Below the pieces are notes generated by a model that had not been told where the DNA came from, did not search any database, and saw only the letters and a list, made by a program, of their open reading frames with translations. Shown here in pieces: positions 26,678 through 40,474 of a stretch of 64,000 nt of DNA. The DNA lies in the NCBI GenBank assembly GCA_951406725.2, contig OX597814.1:56296001-56360000 (forward strand), read 5' to 3'. The position numbers and the translations under genes were made by a program. This DNA is from Octopus vulgaris. Lineage: Eukaryota. Position 1 is the first letter of the stretch, and each line of letters opens with the position of its first letter.

Positions 26678-26738
26678 GGGATCTGATGATATGCCATAAA
26701 GTTTAGCGCTTTATGGATGTGAAACTCAGGTTAATCCC
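26678..26738 (+). ncRNA. Type I hammerhead with slightly decayed stem III
   Basis: GGGAT-CTGATGA-TATGCCATAAAG tttagcg CTTTATGGATGT-GAAAC-TCAGG-TTA^ATCCC. An inverted, internally deleted partner at 26444-26480 keeps CTGATGA and GTA^ATCCC. Confidence 0.65.
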
Positions 26739-27332
26739 ATGAACCAGCCTCATTGAGCTTTATTTAATGCTTTATAACTTAGTGTGCTTCTTTTTTGGAT
26801 TTGTTTTACCAACGATAGAGATGTGTGTATATATATATATATATATATACTTTATTTAAAGCAGCAGAAAATTCAACAAAACCTGTTACCCTGAGTTTCC
26901 CGTTGCTAGCAAAAACTATCCGATGAACGGCAATGGGAAACTCAGAGTAACAGGTTTTGTTGAATTTTCTGCTGCTTTAAATAAAGCATATTACTCTACC
27001 ACTGGTATTTGAGTACTCTTTTTTCCACCTTGTTTCTCATTTATGTGTTTACTCCGGTATATATATATATATATATATATTTATAAAATTATAAATGAGG
27101 GTGAAAAATCGATATTAATTTAATAATACCATTAATTTAACACCAAGTGGCTTAGCACAAAAAACTACGGAGAAAATACAAATTTATACATAAATTATTA
27201 GAGAGTTATCCACTATGTGGATAACTCTAGTGCTAAAAATAGCTCCGAAGCAACCACAGAAGATCAGTTTCCAACTAGAATCAACATACATTTAACGGGA
27301 GGAAAGTGAAATACAACGAATAAAATAGATTG

Positions 27333-27408
27333 ACTCTATACAATTGTTTCATTACTAATGTAATATGTAGTTTTACTTACACTCACATCTATAAATCTTC
27401 GGTAGAGT
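27333..27408 (-). ncRNA. Type I hammerhead with a U4C core variant
   Basis: Minus strand reads ACTCTA-CCGAAGA-[stem II]-GAAAC-AATT-GTA^TAGAGT. Perfect 6-bp stem I and palindromic stem III. Confidence 0.7.
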
Positions 27409-27895
27409 TTGTCAGAAATGCAATTAATTAGATCGATTCGAGCGTCAAAAACACGAGCGGTCCAACCAATTACATTTTTAGTTATGTCTCAAATTCCGCG
27501 CCAAAAGCATGCCTAGACTCCATTGAAAACGTATGCCGCATCAAATAAAATATTGACTGCCGCGTAGTTAAATTTATAAAATTATAAATGAGGGTGAAAA
27601 ATCGATATTAATTTAATAATACCATTAATTTAACACCAAATATATATATATATATCGGAAGGTTTGGAGATGATGTACAGGTATTATATATTAGAAAAAT
27701 TGTATACATATATATATATATATATATATATCATCATCGTCATATATATACATATATATACATATACATATATATACATACATATATATACATATATATA
27801 TATATACATATATATGTATATGTGCATGTGTGCATATATATATATAAATGTATGAATGCATGTATGTGTATGTAAAAACACCCACACACACATAC

Positions 27896-27926
<31 letters not shown>

Positions 27927-30913
27927 GTGTGTATGTAAAAACACATACACACACACACTTTTTAATAAAATTTCACTCTTTAGAACTCAAGGTCTCATAC
28001 TCATGAAAATCAGTGACCTGATTGAACCCAAGGTGAAAACTTGTTAATTTTTATTGGCATAAAACCTTGAGGTCCACAAAGTTAATATAGATTCTATTTT
28101 AAAATATTCAACCACCTTCCTAGTGTTGAATACTTGTCCTTCCAGTTCATTACTAAAGTGTATATGTGTCTTCATCCTTCCCACACATTTATTATGCCTC
28201 TCCCTATGGAAGGTTCTGCCTAAAACACTTGTCTCTACCTTATCACATGGCTTAATATACACCACTTCAATTTCTAAGACTATCAGATTCTAGTTAACAG
28301 TCTCCCAGGTGATTAGAAAATATTGATATATGTGCTTGTGTGTGTGCATGCATGAGAAGTGTAGATTTGTGAATATAGAAAAGCATCTGAACAAATTATA
28401 TTTGTGTGTATGTGTGTGCACAAAGGTACATATAGTGAAAGAGATAATATACATTAAATTGTTTACATTTATGAAAATATGAACTTAAAGTGCAATCATT
28501 TTACTATATACATTTATTTTTGATTCAAAATTTTATAATTTGTTTCCTTGCATGATTGTGCATATGTGTGTCCATATAAATCTTTGCGTATGATTCTGTG
28601 GACATGACTGTATGTGTGTATGTATTTTGCTATGTTTTAAATCATTTTTTTTGTTTTGTTTTGTTTTTTGAGCTTTAATGTTTTTCTAACTGGAAATTCT
28701 TCCAACCATTCTGCTATGAAATAACAGAAGGGAAACCTGTTTCAGATAAAGTGAAGCAAGCAATAATTATGTGTCTTGCTCAGAAGTATTCAAGGCAATG
28801 GTCATAGTAAGATTTGAACTTGCAACCATAAGGTCAATAGTTCAGCATCTTTATTACATGACCATTTTTCTTCTCTCTCATTATTATTGATATGCAATAT
28901 CTGTAACATGAATTTCTATATCATCAGTTATTTTTTTTTTTTCTTGTTAAATATAATTTTTCTTTACATTTGATATAAATGGCAATTGAAGGGAAATTGA
29001 GTCAAGTATCAAAATGTTTTGTTATTTGGTTATGTCTCTTTACATTCTGAATCCCATTTCTTCACAGATACTCTTTGCCATTCATTCTTCTTGAGTCAGT
29101 GAAATGAGTTGAGAAAAATCAACCATTAGGTGCTAGTGTTGACATAATTCACTGTACCTTAACAAAGCTGTGGCCCAGCATGACCAGAGTTCAGTGATGG
29201 AAACCAATAAAATGAAATCAGTTGATTCATTTTAAAATTGGTGACACTTTCACCAAATAAAATGCTTTACCAATTATATTATAGAGACATATTAAATTCT
29301 GTTGTTTCTTCATCTATGATCAAATAGCAAATGTTTTACATTTTAACAAAATGAAACATAAACTCCAGACTGGTACTCATGAGAAAAAATATAAATTTGA
29401 CGATTTTTTAAATATGAGTCTCCTTGCCATGTTGAGAAAAGAACCCTGTTATTTCAGGAGTGACTTTTTGTCTGAAAGAAAAGATTTTTTTCCAGGTTCT
29501 CAATTTTTAAAAATTTTCTCTCATCAACACTGTTTATGAATGTGTATTTCATTTTATTTCAGTATTATTTTATTTGTTTTAGAAATTCTCTATGAGAGTT
29601 TAATTTCAGAAACTATGATGAAGTTTCATTTGTAACTTTAATTATAAACTATCAGCAGGGTACCCTCAGTGGATCTCTAACTCATATATTCGGTTCAAAT
29701 CCACTGCAGGTGTTTTGTTATGAATTTGGACAGTGCACTTAATTTTCATTATCTCATCTGTCCTACCTGATAGAAATAATGTCTTGTTTACCAGAAGATT
29801 AATATACTCATCTATTAAATGCCCATGAAACTAGAATTGAATACCAGACCATAGAGCATAGGTTGTACATTATTTTCTACAGTCTGTTTTCCTTACTTTT
29901 TGTTATATATGTGCCATATATTAATGTGTATGTTTTATGTAGAGTTATACACTAAGGCATTCAAACATTAACTGCAAAAGCACTCAGTATATTCATGAAG
30001 AGTATGCAATTTAATTTTTCAAAGAAAGGAGTGACTGACTTCAAAATTTTGCTGATGGTCAAATTTATCTGTCTAAAAATGCCAGCCACCAACAAAGCTT
30101 CCGTCACTATGTAAATTATATATAATTAATATATTTACAAATGAGAAGAAAAAGCAAGATGATTATAATTAACAAAAAAAAAGTGTTTTCACTATAAAGC
30201 TCAACAAAAACACTTCATCATTTGAAGTGTTTGTAAAAATTATAAAAAGACTTTCAATTTTAACATATCGACATCTAAAACAAAGAATACCTACAGCTGA
30301 TGTTTTGACATCTTTCAATATGTATACCAATGCTAGCAACATGTGATACACCTCCTTCAAAATGCACTATTGCTCTGTGCAGTGTTATCTCTTTACAAAC
30401 ACTCCTGGATAAACCAAACATAATTAAGCCAGCAGAGGAGCATCTTATATAGTCACCTAACTTAATTCTTGTAATAGTAAAATCAATAAACATTCTCAAT
30501 AAAAAAAGACCTAAAATTCAGGCTAGTATGCCCCACCAATTTAAGGTTAAATGGCAATAGATTGAAATGCCGATGGATATTTAGTAATGTCAGTTTCCCT
30601 TTATTTCCTTTTTTATTTTACCATTTGGGCTATTCAAGTAAAGTTAATCAGTTATCTATTATCATCTTCATCATCATAGCCATCATCATCATCATCATCA
30701 ACATTATCATCATCATCAGGAACAACACCCACCCAGTTTGTATAATATAAAGCTTTGTATATGCCAGTATACATATAAGACATATGAACTTAAAATATAC
30801 ACTTAAGGTTTTTAATGTATATATGTTTTTTTATTATTTTTCTTGTAAACTAAAAATTTATATAACATGCTCTTTTCATGTTCAAATTTTATAGATCCTT
30901 AAGAAAAAACAGA

Positions 30914-30919
30914 AATAAA
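30914..30919 (+). promoter_or_regulatory. Candidate distal polyadenylation signal
   Basis: AATAAA followed by a GT/T-rich element (TTGTTCTTTGTATGTTGATGTTG) at the end of a repeat-poor, T-rich stretch. Alternatives at 24019-24024 and 35207-35212. Confidence 0.3.
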
Positions 30920-31662
30920 ATCAAATATATTTGTTCTTTGTATGTTGATGTTGCTAATATCACCATTATTAAGTCATTTTAAAGATTCTGCTTCAAGAAT
31001 GTTACCATTTAATTAAATTTTGCTTCTTAATTTCTATTCATACAAGCAAAAATCCATTATATGTGTAATACACACCTACTTTCATTGGATTGAATACTGT
31101 CAAAATAGTTTTATTGAAGAGCAATATATGCATTTTCTTTATTGCATTGTATACACACATACACATAGATAGATAGAAAGATGTAGATATACATACTCAC
31201 CCACATCTATACATAAACACATACCTATATATGTATGTATATGTATATATACTCATGTGTATGTATGTATATATATATATAAAGAGAGAGAGGGGGAGAG
31301 AAAGTGAGAGAGATATATAGATAGATAGATTCATACGTACACCCACATCTATATGTAAACACATACCTTGTTTCATATACATTCGTTGCTTTTTTCCAAG
31401 GAATCTAATGCTCTTAGATTAGTTTTTCCTTGGGGCTGGCCAGATTGGAGCAATCTCAAGATTAATCAGCTGAAATTGCGAGGATGATCCGGTTCTTGAC
31501 TGAAGATAAAAGGCTTCAAATGACCCGTCCATGTTTTTTTGTATCGTCTATCTGGATATGTTGTTGTCCCCTTTTGTATCACCTAGTTGTCCAGATGTTT
31601 TGCGTTTTTGTCCCATTTTGTATTTTATTTTATATATATATAGCAGCGTACGTTCACTTTGT

Positions 31663-31719
<57 letters not shown>

Positions 31720-34230
31720 GTAGATAGATAGATTATATTTACACACCTGTGTGAGAAGTTTGCTTCCCAGCCACATGGTATCTGGGCCAATGTCTTCTGT
31801 TATACCCTTGGGCTGACCAAAGCCTTTTGAATGGATTTTGTGAACAGAAACTGAAATAAGCCTGTCATATATATATATGTCTATGTGTGTTTGTCTTTCT
31901 GTTTATGGCCCACCACCACTTGACAACCAGTGTTGGTCTATTTACATCCCTGTAACTTTGGCACTAGAGACTGAAAGAATAAGTATCAGACTTAAAAAAA
32001 TTGACATACACTGGGGTCTGTATCTTCTAGTCAGTTCTCCAGCATGGCTGCGGTCCAAAGATTGAAACGAGTAAAAGATAAAAGATACTATCAAGTCTAC
32101 ATCTGCAACCACCCGCTGCATCTTTGACATCCTCTCATCTCATTATTCATTTCCCCGTTGCATTTCTCTCTATTTCTAAGTTTTTCTAATCTCTCATTTA
32201 ACAACAGTCCAGGACTCACTTGCATATAAATTCCCCAACCATCATCCACATCAGGCTATTTCTCTTGCCTATCATGACACATATGTAAGAGTCTAGATTA
32301 GACCTGTTTGTACCCAATACACTTTTCTCATTTTCTCTCCCATCTCATCCCGATCATTTTGTGTTTTCATCATTAATCTCTTGCTGCTTTCACCCACCTA
32401 TTCTGAATCCTGTCATTGCCCAATCTCCTATTCACCTTTCTGTTTACAATGCTTTGTGCAAACATAAACATCTTAAAGTGGTGAGTACCTTTTGCTTTTC
32501 TGGTAAAGTGGTTAGCAAATGAGTAGAGAAAACATAAGGTTGAAAGGTAGTTCTTTTTAGTCCTTTCTTCTCAAGGATATAATAATCTCTCAAATGTTAG
32601 TGCCATGATAAAATGTACCCAGTACACTCTCTCTAAAGAATAGAGTGTACTGGGTGCATCTATAGCAACCAAGCCCACAATGAAACATATGGGCAAGACA
32701 TGGTCCTCTCATACGTTTGTGAGGGAGTTGGCTTCCAGTAAGAACTGATGTGGACTGTGAGGACCATTGCACCCCATTGCCAGTATGGAAGGTGGGTGTA
32801 AATATAATGATGATGGTGTAGGTGGTGATGGTTGTGACTCACAAGCTACTTATTATTAACTGAATGCTCGAGACTTTTCTGCTCAACATACTATACTTCC
32901 CTCCTCCTTAAACATTTACGCAAAAGCATTGTCCTCATGCAGCCTGGGCACCTCATGCCATGGAAGTATTGAATTCACAGACAGAGGGACATTTTGAGAG
33001 ACTCTTTCAGTAGTAATGTAACAAGCTTGTCTCAACTATTGCATATATCAAGGAAATGAATTTGTGCTTCACAATTCAACCAGCTGCAAGCAATACACAT
33101 CTAAATCCCCTCAAATCGTAAGCCTCTGAAATCTCTCATGACTAACACATATATTCTTATTTTCTTATTCTTTTACTGGTTTCAATCATTGTACTGTGGC
33201 CATGCTGGGGTACAACCTTCAGTTATATACTCCAGTTCATATTTTTGTATCTGTTACTTATTTTAATGATCCTTATTTATTGAAGCACTAAGTTATGGGA
33301 CATAAATGTAAACACAGACACACACTCACACACCTGTACAAATGTATGATGAGCCTCTGTACAGGTCCCATCTACTAAATTTCACTCATAATCATTGGTT
33401 CATCAGAAGCTATATAGTAGAAAACACTTACCGAATGTGTGATGTATGGTACCAAACCTAAAAAAACCACATGACTGTGAAACAAACTTCTTAATCACAC
33501 AGACATGCCTGGCCTGCCTGTACGTAACAAGTTAGAAAGTGACCACAACTCACAGTTTATAGATTCAAAGTGTTGTACATACAAACACACACACATGCAT
33601 AACATTGCCAAAATTATACTACATATAATTTATATATGTGTGTGTGTATACACATACACACAAACAATTAATGCTGTATCTACACAAATTAATATCATAG
33701 GTCAGACCAATCTACTGATTGACTAAGTTTTATTATTCACCCATAAGCTTCAACCACCAGCTTTCCATATGCACTGTTTGCTCTCCTTCACTGCTTCTAT
33801 CACTAATATAATAACATCTGCTCTCTACACTTGACTCTATTACTTCCACACATCTCTCTTTTTCTAATTTCTAATTACTATGTTATATCTCTCAGACCCT
33901 GCACTAAATACTTTGTCCGGTCTTTCCTCTTTGAGACTAAAATCTACCCAGAACTCCCTCCTTGCAGATACTAACCTATTGTTGTTCAAACTGAACATCA
34001 ATTGCATCCATCACACCAGCCTTTCAAGTCCTATAAAGCTCATAAGCACTACACCATCTATGACTATTTTGTCCCTCTGCAGTAGAGAGTAAGCTCTTAG
34101 ACATTGTAAGACAGAAGCAGATTTTAACTAGTTTTAGTGTTTTTACTTAAATCACACCATTTCTACTATTAGAGAAAGCTATGAAAATATCATTCCTTTT
34201 ATCACCTTTCCATGTAATCAATAGGATTCA

Positions 34231-34432
34231 CCCATTTTTTTACCATATTTTTATTGAAATACACTGCCTTTGTTTCAATTAACTTTGAACTTAATGAAGA
34301 ATTTAGTGAAGTAACTTTAATTATTAAGTTTGTGTTTTTGGAACAGAGATTTGCATGAAATTTTCACCATTTATAATAGGAAGTTTTTATCAAAAGCCCA
34401 GAGCAGTCTCAGGTGAATTTTTATCAAAAGGG
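34231..34432. mobile_element. piggyBac-type MITE (family B)
   Basis: TTCA and TTAA flanks with CCCATTTT...AAAAGGG termini. Confidence 0.45.
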
Positions 34433-36279
34433 TTAATCACTTATTGATAGATAAGGCTGATTATGAAGTATGATCAGATTTGCAATCATGCAGCAAATAT
34501 CCATTGGTTAATTAGTCTAGAAGTACATAGGCTACTTTATTGAAATTAAATATTTTCAAAACAAATTTTAAGCAGTATTCATCAAGGATTTAATTTTAAA
34601 AGATTATTTTATTATAAATGTATTTCAGTCAATTTAATTTGTATTTTTGAACATCATGAAATACAGAGTTTGGTTCATTAGTTTTTAAATTCAAAATTCT
34701 CAAGAGAAAAATATGGCTGTTGTTTAAACAACAAGTGGACTTGTGACATTTTGATAGGTTCAAGCTGATTTAAGTGCATTTATAATGAATCTTTTTAATG
34801 AAATATTTGGTGAGCACCATTTAGAATATTTTTGTTCTGTGTTTGTGTGTTTGTGTTTGGCTGATATGACTATTACACCTTTTTACTACATAGTTCCAAC
34901 CTTAACATGAATAATCAAGCAGAATATGCAAACATCAAATGTTTGATTAGATTTCTCACATATGTGAAATAAATAGTTTATAAATTCTTAATTATTTGCT
35001 AGGGTTAAAAAGTACAATGTAAGTACTGTACTGTGTTATATAAGATTTTACACCAAATGTTTCTTTGCTTTATCTCTTCTGATGGCTGTCATCTCTATAT
35101 TTATTGAATATAAAACTCAGCTGAAAGCTTTCTTGCCTCTTATACCTGTGATTTCTATGAAAATGTTTAATCCAAATGAAATTGCACAAATGAAAAAATC
35201 TGTTGAAATAAATTTTTTATATTCTCTTTAATTGTAATATTGTTTTTTATTTATTTATTTTATTTCTACCAACTTATGTTCTGAGTTTAGATTTTGACAG
35301 GATCAATTTTGCATTTGATTCCTCTGAGGATCAATAAAATAAAATACCAGTCAAGTACCAGGATCAGCATAATCAACTATACTATCCTCTCCTCCTAAAA
35401 CTACTGGCCTTGTACCAAAATTTCCACACAGTTCTGTCTGCCAAATTCATTCACATGGCATTGGTCAGCCAGGGGCTTTAGTAAAATGCACTTGCTCAAG
35501 GTGCTGTACAATAGAACTGAACTCAAAACAACATGGTTGCAATGTGAGCTTCTTTGTTACACAGACATGCTTGCTGATTTTTTCTGTTGAAACCTGTAGC
35601 TTACTTGGTTTGATTGAAGAATTGGCTGTTACCTAGCCACCACCATTCTATAAGAGATTTACTAAGTGGCTTGAAAATCAAATTTGTGTTCAATGTACAA
35701 TTTTCTGCATTCTTAATATCAGTTAAAATAACCTTTTTAAATTATTTATTTCAAAGCGGAAACATGATAGCCATTTCCTGAGCAGTCAGGCATCCCAAAA
35801 ACTGCCAAGGTTGATTTAGTTGATGGTCGTTTTAAAGATCAGAAAGTCAGTGACTTCAACAAAAAAAAAAAAAAAAAAAGGAAGAAAGAATTGACAAAAT
35901 GGCATTTTCATGTTAGTTAGAATATATTGGACATTTAATTTACAGAATAAGTTATTTATTGGTTCAAATTATGTTGGAACAACAAACTGATCCAACAATT
36001 CAGATTTATGCATACTATCAGTAACCCTTACCTTTTTCCACATATGTTTTAATTCATCACAATGAATAAATAAAAAGGTCTTTAAAAATAATTTGTTTAT
36101 TATATTGGCAACCATTTGATATTTGACTGTGGTTGTTTGATTAATTGGAAATAACAACCAAATCTCCCTTAAACATGCTGGATAATGTCACTGGCTGAAA
36201 AAAATGAGAAAATGAAAATGGAATGATCACAGCATTATCTTTGATTATAGATCTGCTCATTTAGGGCTGACCTGGGATT

Positions 36280-36314
<35 letters not shown>

Positions 36315-37585
36315 CTGTGCTGGGCAAAATGCTTAACAGCATTTCATCCATTTTTATACATTCTGCATTCAAATTCTGCAGCGGTCAACTTTGCCTTTCA
36401 TCCCTTCAGGGTTGATAAAATAGTACCAGTTGATCATTGGGGTCAATACAGTCACCTAACCCACTCCTTCAAAATTACTGGCCTTCTACCAAAATTTGAA
36501 ACCATTATTGATGTGGCCAGCTGGCAGAATGGTTAACACACTGGACAAAAATGTAGCATCCTAAATATTTCACTTGTAATACTTTGTTTTGCATGATTGC
36601 AGGTACAGCCACACTGGAGCACTTCATTCAGAATATTCTATATCATATATTGTTTATAAGTATATTCAAAAGGTTTTGTTAGGCTTTTCAGTATATACAA
36701 GGATGGGTTGAGAAGTTCATAGGTTGACTACAAAAGAGTGATGCTAGAGCTTTGAAATATAGCATTCATTAAATTCAACTCTTCTTATTAATAGCTGTAT
36801 TGTTTCTTCTCAAAGGTGTGTAGCTTAGTGGTTAGAGCATTGGGCTCACAATCATGAGATAGTGAGTTTGATTCCAAGACTGGGCTGTGTGTTGGGCTCT
36901 TGAGCAAGACAGGCATTTTATTTCACTAAGCTGTAGAAATAAGTTGTGACATCACTGGTGCCATACTGTATCAGCCTTTGCCCTTCCTTTGGATAACATC
37001 AGTGGCATGGAGAAGGGAGACTAGTATGCATGAGCGACTGCTGGTCTTCTACAAACAACTTGCGTGGACTTGTGCCTCAGAGGGGAACTTTCTGGGTGCA
37101 ATCATGTGTCACTCATGACCGAAGGGGGTCTTTACCTTGTTTCTTCTCAGGTAAACTGACATGTGACTGCTCAGAGAAGAGAGAGTGGGAATTTTGGAAT
37201 TTGACAGTACCTCCCATTCCTCTTAGTCTTTTTTTTATATATGGTGTTTTAACATCAACTGTTGTATTTATTGTAGGACACTGATAAAAAGAAGTGCTTG
37301 AATGCATGTTTCTAATACTAATGTGTAATTATTTTTGTATTTTGCTGAAATGTATGTATATCCTATGAAGCATTAACCAGTACACCTGTTTCCTCTTTAT
37401 CATTATTATTTCTATTATTTATTATTATTATTTCTATTACTTGGCTTATATTCCATGCACTAACCTATCCCAAGGTTGATGCCAAGCATTGCTCTCCACT
37501 GAATATTGGATTGGAGTATGGAACCCACTACTGAGTCCAACTTTTGTTTGAGTGTTACACTTTATTATACTCGTTTTTGATACAT

Positions 37586-37628
<43 letters not shown>

Positions 37629-38239
37629 TTGTTTCAGTCATTTTACTGTGGCCGTGCTGGAGTACTGCCTTGAAGGCGTTTAGTCAAACAAATTGACATA
37701 TATGTATACGATGGGCTTCTTTCAGTTTCCATCTGTCAAATTCACTCATAAGGCTTTGGTCAGCCTGGGGCTGTATTAGAAGACACTTGCCCAAAGTGCT
37801 ACACTGAGACTGAACCTGGAACCATGTGGTTGGGAAGCAAGCTTCTTACCACACAGTCACGCCCATGCCTATATATGTATATATATATATGTGTACATAT
37901 ATACATATATATATATAAAGAGAGAGAGAGATGTATGCTATTCAGCTCTTCCTAGAGTTTGTTACTATTCTTGCTATATATATATATATATTCTGTTTTA
38001 GGTGGTAAAGGTATATCCTTTAAAGATGTGTTGCTAAAAATGTTTGCCATGTCAATGAAAATCCACTGTAAGTACTCCAAACCAATAGAATAACAGAATA
38101 TATAAATAGAAAACAAAATGAGATTTTAAAAATCCTGGCAGATATCAATTAAGTATTCAGTATAAATGAATAAGGTTAAATTTCTAACAATCAGATACAA
38201 GTAAATGTAAGTAGTATACAAATCCCATGTAAATATTTA

Positions 38240-39870
38240 CACTGGCGAAAATAAATTTAAGACTGAAGATAAAAGTTCTATTTCTTACAAAATATTTTGT
38301 TACTAATACCACACAAATTATCTTTATCTTTTACACCTTATGCAGAATTTATTTCTCTTTCGAATGATGCAGACAATAACTATATCTATCGAATGATGCA
38401 GACAATAACTATATCTATACAACTTCTCAAATTCTCATGCTAAATTAATATAAACGTTTCAAATTTACTGGCAAAATTAGTTTAAATGAGCAACAAGAAT
38501 GAAATACATATTAGTATTTTGTGCCATAGCCTTTATTCTTAATAACGGCTGAACAACGCCTTGGCATTGAATTCGCTAAGTGATTACAAAATTCTATGGC
38601 AATGTTTTGCCATATTTCATTGATATAATCGAATAATTGTTTTAGATTAAATGGTTTTTTTAGCATGGACTTTTTTGGAAACATAATTCCACAAGTTCTC
38701 GATTGGATTCAGGTCTGGGCTCTGCAGAGGCCATTCGATTACATCAATATTATGGTGATCAAAAAGTTGCATAACCTTTTGGCTTTGTGCACAAGACTAT
38801 TGTCCTGCTGATAAAAAGCCCCCAGAGCCATTTGGTGAATCAAATATGGCACAATATTATCCTTTAGTAGATTCATATAACCTACACTATTTAGCTTTCC
38901 ATCAACTTTAACTAGAGGGCCAACACCAAAGCTACTAAATACCGCTCACACCATCACACCCCTGCCCCCTACTTGTGCCATCTTTTTCATGCATTTCAGA
39001 TGGAATTCCTTGGTTGGGCAACATCTGATGTATGTTTTACCATCTGATCCAAATATACAGAAGTGTGACTCGTTACTCCAAAGGAATCACTCCAGAGGAC
39101 CCTGCACCAATCTTCAGCAGTCCATTGAGCATGGCTTTTTGCGAAATTAAGGCATTTGAGTCAATTTCTTTCAGCTATTATTGGCTTTTTCCTAAAGATT
39201 CGACCTTGTAGTCCAAATTCTCTCAAACGGTTGCATACGGTTTGTGGTGTAAAAATAACACCATTTTCGTTGGACATTTGTTTACAAATGTCAACAGCTG
39301 TCAGCATTCGGTTGCCTTCTGATAGTCAGTGGATTCGGCAGTCCAAGTGCGCTGTCGTTTTTCTTGGGGCGCTAGTCCTTTGCTGATCTTTATATTGACC
39401 AGTCTCCGAGTATAACTTCCATGCTTGCATGCAAGCTGTTTTACTGCACTTTAGTTGCTTGCTGATGTTCAAAAAGGAAACTTTTTGCTGGTGGAGTAAT
39501 ACGATTTTTGCTCTCATGACTGGACTGAGGCTACGTTTTCTCATTATTAACCAATTGTATAATAATGTTAAATTATAACACTATATAGTGCAGTTAGGCT
39601 AGTTGTGTGATCACCCATTTTGGCAAAAAAATTTGCATACATATTACATGGTCTTAAACTAATTTTGCTAGTAAATCTGAAACGTTTATATTAATTTAGC
39701 ATTAGAATTCTTCAAGTTGTATAAAAATAGTTATTGTCTGCATCATTTGAAAGAGAAATAAATTCTGCATAAGGTGTAAAAGATAAAAATAATTTTTATG
39801 GTGTTAGTAACAAAATATTCTGTAAGAAATAGAACTTTTATCATCGGTCTTAAATCTATTTTCGCCAGTG
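38240..39870 (-). mobile_element. Tc1-family transposon with long IR/DR-type terminal repeats and a decayed transposase
   Basis: TA flanks at 38238-38239 and 39871-39872. TIRs of about 215-250 bp begin CACTGGCGAAAATA, with an inner repeat ACTGGCAAAATTAGTTTAA near 38468. Minus-strand transposase starts MRKRSLSPVMRAKIVLLHQQ (39544) and includes WPLQSPDLNPIENLW, with stops and frameshifts. Confidence 0.9.
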
Positions 39871-40235
39871 TATGCATGACAGGTAAATCCAAGAATCCTT
39901 TTGTAGAATTTTAAGAAATTCAAAGTCTTTAACAACAAATAGTATTAACTGGTATTTGTATTCTACGTACATTTACTGGTATCTGATTGTTGGAAATTTA
40001 ACCTTATTCCTTTGGACTGAGTGCTTAATTGATGATATCTGCCAGGATATTTTAATCCCATTTTTTCTTATATATGTATATATATATATATATTCTTTTA
40101 AAAATCTTTTCTTTTAATTTTTCTAAAATTTAAATGTTTTCGATACTTACAGTTGAAAAAGTCTCAATGACTGAAACCAAGTACTGAGATGCTTTTTATA
40201 AAATTATGTTAGCATTTTCTACCTTGATATTTTTT

Positions 40236-40273
<38 letters not shown>

Positions 40274-40474
40274 CAAAATTAGAGAATGGAGAAACATACT
40301 TAAATCAGTAAAACATCAACTATCCGATGATACTCAATCCATACTTTAATACACCATTACATATGAGTAAAGGCAATATATAAAATGAAATGAGATATAC
40401 AGTAATAGTAAAAGTAAAAAGATAAAGAGATATAAGTAAAAAAATTTCAAATATAATATGCAAATAAATCAAAA

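Noticed and set aside
31497-31532. GA-CTGAAGA...AAATGACCCGTCC in a repeat with an upstream hairpin
   Set aside because: G12 is missing and stems I-III do not pair convincingly.
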